Shown here piece by piece: positions 1 to 5,818 of a stretch of 18,141 nt of DNA (within the stretch, counting starts at the first letter, position 1; each line of letters opens with the position of its first letter). The notes beneath the pieces are model-generated. The model made no database searches, was not told the DNA's origin, and saw nothing but the letters and a program-made list of their open reading frames with translations. Where the stretch lies: assembly GCA_964236955.1 (NCBI GenBank), contig CAXSGP010000095.1, positions 1 to 18,141 on the forward strand, in the 5' to 3' direction. The position numbers and the translations under genes were made by a program. Source of the stretch: an uncultured Oligoflexus sp. Its GTDB lineage: Bacteria; Bdellovibrionota_B; Oligoflexia; Oligoflexales; Oligoflexaceae.

Positions 1-689
1 CCCATCAAAATCACAGCGATATTTTGCTCAAACCTTTTCGGCGAAGGTCTAGCTGTGGCCATTGGATCACGGGTGAATCCGTCGTCAAAGCGTCAGGAAT
101 CGTCTACGTCTATTACCGATGCGCCCACCGTGAATGCGAAGCGAATAGTAGGCGGATTAATCAGAATCTCCTCAACGAACAATTGAGCGCTGCGTTCCAG
201 CCTTTTGAGAGATTTTCTGAGACTGCAACCGAAGCTTTCATCACGACGCTTCGGGATCGCATCATGGACATCGATGCATACGCCACGGCTTCAATCACGA
301 AGTTAAGGGCCGAAGCTCGCACGATGAAGGAGAAGATCATTACAGCGGAAGATATGGTGCTGGATGGACTTATGACGAAGGAGAGATACGAAGAAAAGGT
401 GAGGCCAGTGGGAAAGCGTCTCACGGAAATAGAGGATGAAGTCCGTGGGCACAACAGCGCCGACAGAGCGACTTATGAAGAGGGTATGAGGGTTATCCAA
501 CTACTGACAAAAGTAAGTTATTACAGCAATTTAGATGTAAATCTCTTGAGGAAAGCAGAACTCGCAAAAATATTGTTATCCAACCTTTTTCTAAAAGGCG
601 GAAAGCTAAGCTACACATACATTAGGGAGTTGGATGATCTATTAGAATTGAGTTCGAGTCGGAAATGGTGGGGATTACGGGATTCGAAC
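1..689. mobile_element. Right end of an integrated element (prophage/island) inserted at the 3' end of tRNA-Val; att junction somewhere in about 650-695
   Basis: An integrase abuts and overlaps the tRNA 3' end. Positions ~500-650 are visibly AT-richer than the flanking genes, and no terminator hairpin is apparent after the tRNA CCA. The other end lies outside the window. Confidence 0.7.
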
Positions 690-695
690 CTGTGA
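1..695 (+). CDS. Large serine recombinase/integrase, C-terminal part (zinc-ribbon plus coiled coil); 5'-truncated by the window edge
   Basis: The frame is open from position 3 (HQNHSDILLKPF...), so the TTG at 24 is not the true start. CGHWITGE...YVYYRC...C resembles the LSR zinc-ribbon motif, followed by a coiled coil (ITKLRAEARTMKEKI...DGLMTKERYEEK) and a K..L...L.SN..L.G..L tail. It ends WWGLRDSNL* inside the antisense of a tRNA. Confidence 0.85.
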   Translation, partial: HQNHSDILLKPFRRRSSCGHWITGESVVKASGIVYVYYRCAHRECEANSRRINQNLLNEQLSAAFQPFERFSETATEAFITTLRDRIMDIDAYATASITKLRAEARTMKEKIITAEDMVLDGLMTKERYEEKVRPVGKRLTEIEDEVRGHNSADRATYEEGMRVIQLLTKVSYYSNLDVNLLRKAELAKILLSNLFLKGGKLSYTYIRELDDLLELSSSRKWWGLRDSNL

Positions 696-742
696 CCCCC
701 TGCTTGTAAGGCAGGTGCTCTAACCAACTGAGCTAAATCCCC
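666..742 (-). tRNA. tRNA-Val (anticodon TAC), 77 nt, CCA encoded
   Basis: The reverse complement folds as GGGGATT TA GCTC AGTTGGTTA GAGC A CCTGC CT-TAC-AA GCAGG GGGTC ACAGG TTCGAAT CCCGT AATCCCC ACCA. This is a full cloverleaf with one A-C mismatch in the T stem. Confidence 0.97.
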
Positions 743-779
743 ATTTTGTTTCGTGTTGCTTTGCAGCAGCAGCGAGTGG

Positions 780-810
780 GTTGTATCTCAAATATCGAAA
801 TCGCTGTCAA
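780..810 (-). promoter_or_regulatory. Possible sigma70 promoter of tRNA-Val
   Basis: A perfect TTGACA (810-805) overlaps the mtnA TGA stop. The -10 is weak: GATACA at 17 bp or TACAAC at 19 bp. Confidence 0.35.
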
Positions 811-1865
811 CGCTCGATCTTCTGTTCCGCAAAAAGTTTTTGTATCGCTGGCCCAAATGGCGGATTAAGCACGCCAAATTCTGTGATAAGCCCCGTGATT
901 AACTCATGCGACGTTACATCAAACGATGGATTCCGTACCTCCGACCGAGCCGGCGCCACCAGGACCCCCGCATGTTCCAAGACTTCTTTAGGAGAACGCA
1001 TTTCAATAGGAATCTGATCGCCATGAAGAATCTTTGAATCAAAAGTACTGCGCGGAGCCGCAACATAGAAAGGCACATTGTGATACTTAGCGACGATCGC
1101 CAGGGAATAGGTCCCTACCTTATTCGCCGTGTCTCCATTCCCTGCAATCCGGTCCGCACCGACGACCACCATATCCACCTTCTCATGCTTCATGATATAG
1201 GCCGCGGCTGAGTCAATTTGAATGGAATAGGGAATGCCTTCGGCCGCCAACTCAAAAGCAGTCAAACGTGAGCCTTGCAAATAGGGGCGCGTCTCATCGA
1301 CATAAACATGCTCGATCAAAGCCTGCTCGTGCAGGGCCCGAATGACCCCAAGGGCGGTTCCATAGCCTGCCGTTGCCAATGAGCCTGTATTGCAATGGGT
1401 CATGACCCGCATTTTACGGCCTTCAGCAAGCTTTGCTCCAAAGACACCCATAGCCTTGCACGTACTGAGATCGGCGGCCTCAAGGTCTTTGGCGAAGGCA
1501 AGGATATGCTTCTGAATTTTTTCAAAGGGAGTGCTATCAGTCCATTGATCGGCAAGGCAACGCACCGCATGCAAAGCGTTGAATAAATTGACTGCAGTCG
1601 GACGAGTGGCCTGCATGCGCTTGCAGTTCTCAAAAAATCGGTCTTTATACTGCTTCCAGTTTGCCGCTTGCGATTGAAGGGTGTCGAGCACCAAACCATA
1701 GGCAGCCGCCGTGGCAATCGCGGGAGCTCCACGAACTGTCATATTTTCAATGGATTGCGCGACATCTTCGAGACTTCGACAGTCGATCCATATCTCTTCG
1801 TGCGGCAAGCGTTTTTGATCGATGAGTTTCAGCTGATCCGCTTCAAATGACATTGCTGTATACAT
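807..1865 (-). CDS. mtnA: S-methyl-5-thioribose-1-phosphate isomerase (methionine salvage)
   Basis: Motifs MTVRGAPAI, TRPTAVNL, THCNTGSLATAGYGTALG, DETRPYLQGSRLT, GADRIAGNGDTANKVGTY and NPSFDVT. The ATG at 1865 (alternative 1853) fits the family N-terminus better than the GTG at 1898. Confidence 0.95.
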   Translation of the reverse strand: MYTAMSFEADQLKLIDQKRLPHEEIWIDCRSLEDVAQSIENMTVRGAPAIATAAAYGLVLDTLQSQAANWKQYKDRFFENCKRMQATRPTAVNLFNALHAVRCLADQWTDSTPFEKIQKHILAFAKDLEAADLSTCKAMGVFGAKLAEGRKMRVMTHCNTGSLATAGYGTALGVIRALHEQALIEHVYVDETRPYLQGSRLTAFELAAEGIPYSIQIDSAAAYIMKHEKVDMVVVGADRIAGNGDTANKVGTYSLAIVAKYHNVPFYVAAPRSTFDSKILHGDQIPIEMRSPKEVLEHAGVLVAPARSEVRNPSFDVTSHELITGLITEFGVLNPPFGPAIQKLFAEQKIER

Positions 1866-1896
1866 AAAAAAGGCGCCCTCTTTAAGAGAAGCGCCC
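1866..1896 (-). terminator. Terminator-like / RBS-sequestering hairpin directly before the mtnA ATG
   Basis: Minus strand GGCGCTTCTCT-TAA-AGAGGGCGCC-TTTTTT-ATG: a ~10-bp stem with one bulge, followed by T6. Confidence 0.5.
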
Positions 1897-1951
1897 ACAA
1901 TATCAAGTTATGCTAAAATCTCAAGCCATCCCTTAAAGAAAATCGCGCGAC

Positions 1952-3598
1952 TTAATCGTCATCCTCTTCAGAATCGGAATCACCATGGCTTTCACTTAGG
2001 TTCCAACCGTCATTCTCACCTTTGGCTTTCGGACCCGAATTGGCAATGGCACTGCTGCTCGTTTTTGCTTGTGATACAGCCTTTGCTTTGGGTTTGGGTG
2101 CCGGGCTCTCAGCCTTAACGCCCCTATCCCTCGCCTTAGTCCTGCTGGCCTTATCCCAATCCTCGTCACCGTCGGAATCCCTACCCGACACGACCGTGTG
2201 TTCGCCATCGTCATCATCAGCATCATCGTCGTCTTTTTTCTTGCCTTTACCCCAACCAAATAAACCCTTTTTCTTCTTTTCTTTTCCCGTATTCGGCAGA
2301 ATATCGGACAGCAGGGCGACGTTTGAGACATCTTCGATGGAGGGTTCGGGCGGTTGAACCGGAGCCTTCACGTTTTGATGCCGGGATTTTGTAGCGCTTG
2401 CGACGGGCGGCTGCGCCCGAATTTCGGAAATCTCGGAATGTTCGGGTTCGTCATCATTGTCGTTCCGGGATGCCGACGCATCAAGATTCCAAGTGTCGCT
2501 GAGAGGAGCTGCCTCGGACAGAGGGACCGCATTGCTGACTTCTGGCGGCTCCTGCAGCGCGTTTTTTCGGGTTCGACCTTCAAAGTTTGCCTGTCTCGGA
2601 GCCGGGGCCGGGGCTGAAACACTGACCTTGGGCTTGGCTGGAACCGGTGCAGGGGCTCTAGCTGGGGCCGGGGCCGAAGCCCGAGGGGCGGACGGCCGTT
2701 CTGCTTTGCGTGGGGGAGTCGTCATGGGCTGGGCACCATGAGCCTCCTCATCCTCATCTTCTTCGCGGTGGGAAGCAATGTCACTGATTTCCGAGACGCT
2801 TGACCCTTCGCCATAACCATCGTCGTCTGTTGTTGGATCGCCACCATCATCGGATTCAATGCGTTCGCCAAGCTTTTTCATGCGCTGGACCCGAATCAAT
2901 CGCACCATCATCATAAAGATAAGCAGAGCCAGAATACCGCCGCCGATATAATAGTACTGAAGAAAACGTTCCGGTGGTGCAGAATCGAGCTTGATACCCT
3001 GCATCGAGGTATACGCCGTCGCCAGACCCGGCGAATTGGGCGCTTCAAAAACACTGGCGAGGTCGGTGTAGGTCATCAGGAAATGATTGCGGCCCGATGA
3101 GACCAGAATATGCATTTGCATCGTCGGTACCGAATCGAAGAGGAACTCGGTGTAATAAAGATACGCATTGATGCCGCTCTGCAGCTGAACTTTTTCTGAG
3201 CTGCGAACCATGTAATTGGCTACGCTGGAGCTTATGACCGAATACTTATCGACGATAATTTTGCTGAATTCATCCTTGGTGGCATCATCCATTGGTTTAG
3301 GCTCACCAAAGACCATGACGCGGATATTAGGTCGGTAGGCAGCGACGCCTGGAACGAGCTTGGGTTTGGGCGCTTGAAAAAGAAGGCTCGCTCCCGATCC
3401 TTCGCGTAGCACTTCCCAGCCAACCGGTGGTGTAATGATAAAGCCGACATTCGGGATTGCGACTTCTTCGCCATTGGCGATAAAATTCATGACCGGTTTG
3501 GACACCTCGGTAGCGGCGGGCACCCGAGGAGGCGCTCCCTGAGCGAACGCCTGGCCGCCGGAGAAGCTTAAAGACAGGGCTAAAAGTAATCGTTTCAT
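1952..3598 (-). CDS. Single-pass membrane protein: signal peptide, PsbP/DcrB-like periplasmic domain, TM helix and a ~310-aa acidic/Pro-Ala-rich disordered cytoplasmic tail
   Basis: MKRLLLALSLSFSGGQAFA signal peptide. GFIITPPVGWEV...PNIRVMV...FLMTYT...F pattern as in PsbP-like folds. TM segment YYYIGGGILALLIFMMMV followed by RLIR...KK. RBS AAGGAG. Confidence 0.8.
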   Translation of the reverse strand: MKRLLLALSLSFSGGQAFAQGAPPRVPAATEVSKPVMNFIANGEEVAIPNVGFIITPPVGWEVLREGSGASLLFQAPKPKLVPGVAAYRPNIRVMVFGEPKPMDDATKDEFSKIIVDKYSVISSSVANYMVRSSEKVQLQSGINAYLYYTEFLFDSVPTMQMHILVSSGRNHFLMTYTDLASVFEAPNSPGLATAYTSMQGIKLDSAPPERFLQYYYIGGGILALLIFMMMVRLIRVQRMKKLGERIESDDGGDPTTDDDGYGEGSSVSEISDIASHREEDEDEEAHGAQPMTTPPRKAERPSAPRASAPAPARAPAPVPAKPKVSVSAPAPAPRQANFEGRTRKNALQEPPEVSNAVPLSEAAPLSDTWNLDASASRNDNDDEPEHSEISEIRAQPPVASATKSRHQNVKAPVQPPEPSIEDVSNVALLSDILPNTGKEKKKKGLFGWGKGKKKDDDDADDDDGEHTVVSGRDSDGDEDWDKASRTKARDRGVKAESPAPKPKAKAVSQAKTSSSAIANSGPKAKGENDGWNLSESHGDSDSEEDDD

Positions 3599-3607
3599 AG
3601 GTTCTCC

Positions 3608-5008
3608 TTATCCCGCGCGCGCGATGCGAAGGGTTTCAAAAATCTGGCTGTAGTGTGGATCTTCAAGCGTGTATTCCTGTATGCTCTCCTCGATGTGAGC
3701 GAGTGCCGAAGCCTCGACTTCAAGAAGACCGTAAACAGATGCAGGGCTTTTGACTGGGAAGGCATTGCCTTCGATTTCAATAGGAATCGCGGTATCCATA
3801 CGGATAACGAGTTCCAAAGCTGTGCGGAAACGATGGGTGGGATGCCATTCCGCTGAAGTGGAAGCGCGGTAGATGGCATAGAGACGCCACATACCTGTTT
3901 GATTCTTATCCGACAATCGTGTCTCGGTGACGAAGAGACAATGATCCCCGCGTTCGACGAATTCACCCATGGATTTATAAAGAGTCTTTATCGAGTCTTC
4001 ATTTTTTTGACTTAAATCCCAGGCCTGTTTCGCCGTGAGCTTGACTATCCAGTATTTTCCCGACTCAGCATGCTTTGGACGTGATAGAGACATAAGGCTC
4101 TCTTCCAATTGAAGAGCAGGATATCCCAGAGCCATATAACGTTCCTTGGAACGATTCAAATAATAGCGTGCCTTTTTGATTTCATCGGCTTTGCCGGCGG
4201 CTTCCTTAAAGACGGAAAGCCCAAGCATGTGCAGGATATCAGGATCGAGGCCTTCCGATTTTCTGTTTAGGCTTTCGAACTCACTGACGGCGTTCTTGGT
4301 ATCTTGTGTCAAATAGGAAGTGTAGGCGTAGAAGAACTGGTATTCTTTGTGCTGGGGATAATCCTCGCGCAGTTGCTTGGCCCAGCCATGAGCTTCGAAA
4401 AAGCGCTTTTTGGCAAACTGCTGATGGAAAAGAATCTCCGCGTGCAGAGGATTATCGGGAAAGGATTCGTCGATAGCGGCGATGGACTTGCGATAGGCCT
4501 GGGTCATTCGTTCGGAATGGAAAAACAGGCTGGTTCTTCGCAGATGAAAATAATCGCCGCTGATCCTTTGCAGGCTATGAGCGGCTTGCTCTTTCGCGTC
4601 GTCGTCGTCAGATAGGATCAGGGTTAATTCGCGGGCGTAGGCGTCGTTGCCATGCTTACTAAGCGATCGCCAGAGGATAAGCGCTGCTTCCCGCTCGCCA
4701 AGCTCATATCGGCTCAGGGCGATGAGTGCCGTGCCGCTGACACTTGCGAGTAGGCCCAGGGATATGTTGCGCTCCAGGTGGGCTATGAGCTCACGCAGAC
4801 CAGCGTCGGATTTTTCTTCGGCCAGTGTTTCAATCCAGAGACGATAGTAGGCTTCGCTGGTCGCCGACGCGCCCTCGCCGAGTTCATCGCTCAGCAGGAC
4901 TAACGCGCTTTCGCGTTCCCCTTGCCAATAGAAGCGCAAAGTCTTCAGATAGGTAGCTTCGGGTTTGGGGCGATTGAGTAGCCAGCTCTTCACGGGGCGC
5001 TTGGTCAT
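3608..5008 (-). CDS. TPR-like helical repeat protein with a probable C-terminal EVE/PUA-like domain
   Basis: 466-aa ORF with RBS GAGGA and TPR-type helices (e.g. YPQHKEYQFFYAYTSY, DPDILHMLGLS). C-terminal KYWIVKL...W...RGDHCLFV...LYAIYR pattern. It ends 9 nt before the next gene. Confidence 0.75.
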   Translation of the reverse strand: MTKRPVKSWLLNRPKPEATYLKTLRFYWQGERESALVLLSDELGEGASATSEAYYRLWIETLAEEKSDAGLRELIAHLERNISLGLLASVSGTALIALSRYELGEREAALILWRSLSKHGNDAYARELTLILSDDDDAKEQAAHSLQRISGDYFHLRRTSLFFHSERMTQAYRKSIAAIDESFPDNPLHAEILFHQQFAKKRFFEAHGWAKQLREDYPQHKEYQFFYAYTSYLTQDTKNAVSEFESLNRKSEGLDPDILHMLGLSVFKEAAGKADEIKKARYYLNRSKERYMALGYPALQLEESLMSLSRPKHAESGKYWIVKLTAKQAWDLSQKNEDSIKTLYKSMGEFVERGDHCLFVTETRLSDKNQTGMWRLYAIYRASTSAEWHPTHRFRTALELVIRMDTAIPIEIEGNAFPVKSPASVYGLLEVEASALAHIEESIQEYTLEDPHYSQIFETLRIARAG

Positions 5009-5060
5009 CGTTTACATCCTCTAGTCGATAGCTGAGACACTGATTCAGCGTTCTGGTCTG

Positions 5061-5088
5061 CTATCGACAGGAATGCTCGAAAACTTTA
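5061..5088 (-). promoter_or_regulatory. Sigma28 (FliA)-type promoter for the 466-aa/548-aa operon
   Basis: TAAAGTTT-N12-GTCGATAG against the consensus TAAAGTTT-N11-GCCGATAA; it lies ~50 nt upstream of the ATG at 5008. Confidence 0.65.
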
Positions 5089-5180
5089 GCCTAAGACTCC
5101 AATTTCACGGGGGAAATGATTGCCCACCATTGCGCGGAAATTACTGCCTAGGCCGCAAAAGTAGGAATCTTTGGCACTTA

Positions 5181-5477
5181 TCAGCTGGCGATCTGCGACT
5201 TGGCTGAATTCTCGCTACCACGGTAGCCTTTGAGATCATGGACGGCCGCAAGATCATTTAAGCTGTGGGCGGCGTAATGCTCGACTTCGCCCGATCGCTC
5301 AATAAGTAGGTCGCGAAAATCTGAGTAGCAGCCGTTGCACATGACTTGGCCCGTCTGAACCGATTGAACTTCGCCCCATACGGTAAGCGCAGTCCAGGCA
5401 TGGGGACTAAATTCACGGTGACGTATTTTACGCTCTTCGTCGCAGATAGCGCAGCGGGTTTGTGCGGAAATGTTCAT
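5181..5477 (-). CDS. Small (98 aa) putative zinc-binding protein, CxxC...CxxC
   Basis: A strong RBS, GGAGG-ATTT-ATG, at 5477 gives MNISAQTRCAIC...MCNGCY...SQIAS. The ORF-track extension to 5663 runs through a hairpin-rich leader and is probably not translated. Confidence 0.8.
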   Translation of the reverse strand: MNISAQTRCAICDEERKIRHREFSPHAWTALTVWGEVQSVQTGQVMCNGCYSDFRDLLIERSGEVEHYAAHSLNDLAAVHDLKGYRGSENSAKSQIAS

Positions 5478-5514
5478 AAATCCTCCGATTTTCGTAAAAT
5501 AGTCCCTCGGCATA

Positions 5515-5656
5515 TAGCCTGCAAAGGCTAGATACGGCTCTGCATTGAGAGGTATTGATCTCCAGGTCGCAAGGTGAACAGAACCTTGGGCTTGGAAGGT
5601 CAGGACCTTCACCGCTGCATAAGAGATTAGATTTATATGTAGTGCTCGACCTACAT
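5515..5656. ncRNA. Candidate structured RNA / cis-regulatory leader (unknown family)
   Basis: Five short hairpins plus an enclosing stem: 5515-5530, 5547-5562, 5570-5588, 5595-5610 and 5637-5656, with closing stem 5538-5544/5616-5625. The strand is not resolved. Confidence 0.45.
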
Positions 5657-5682
5657 TCTCCATATTCGGACTTTGGTGTCAA
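5655..5682 (-). promoter_or_regulatory. Probable sigma70 promoter for the structured leader and the small Zn protein
   Basis: TTGACA-N16-GAGAAT, preceded by a T tract and lying downstream of the upstream gene's terminator. Confidence 0.45.
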
Positions 5683-5764
5683 CAAAAAATCCTTAGACCC
5701 GCAGCGGAGTTTGCCGGGTGGTAAATGGGAGGAGCTTAAGAATCACTGGGATTTTGGAAGATAT

Positions 5765-5800
5765 AAAAATTGTTGCAAAGCCCGGGCTTGGACTCTGCAA
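5765..5800 (-). terminator. Intrinsic terminator of the 768-aa TPR gene
   Basis: Minus strand TTGCAGAGTCC-AAGCCC-GGGCTTTGCAA-CAATTTTT: an 11-bp stem with two G-U pairs, 18 nt after the stop. Confidence 0.65.
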
Positions 5801-5818
5801 ATTTTAAAAGATAAAGTC

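Noticed and set aside
2560..2720. GC-rich GGGGCCGGGGC repeats
   Set aside because: They encode the Ala-Pro-rich linker of the 548-aa protein.
5538..5626. Canonical SAM-I riboswitch, 6S RNA or tRNA-like call for the structured leader
   Set aside because: It lacks the SAM-I AUC/GAU core, kink-turn GA pairs, GCAACC and GGUGC. It is not one long rod as in 6S, and has no T-loop motif. Kept only as an unknown structure.
5478..5663. 62-aa N-terminal extension of the Zn protein in the ORF track
   Set aside because: There is no RBS at 5663, it overlaps the predicted promoter and hairpins, and a strong GGAGG precedes the ATG at 5477.
5690..5720. Minus-strand GGCAAAC...GGGTCTAAGG resembling parts of a c-di-GMP-I (GEMM) riboswitch
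   Set aside because: The GNRA-capped P2 stem and the GACGCAAAGC segment that should lie between these pieces are absent.
5778..5789. Perfect 12-bp palindrome AAGCCCGGGCTT as an operator
   Set aside because: Explained as the loop and arm of the terminator after the TPR gene.
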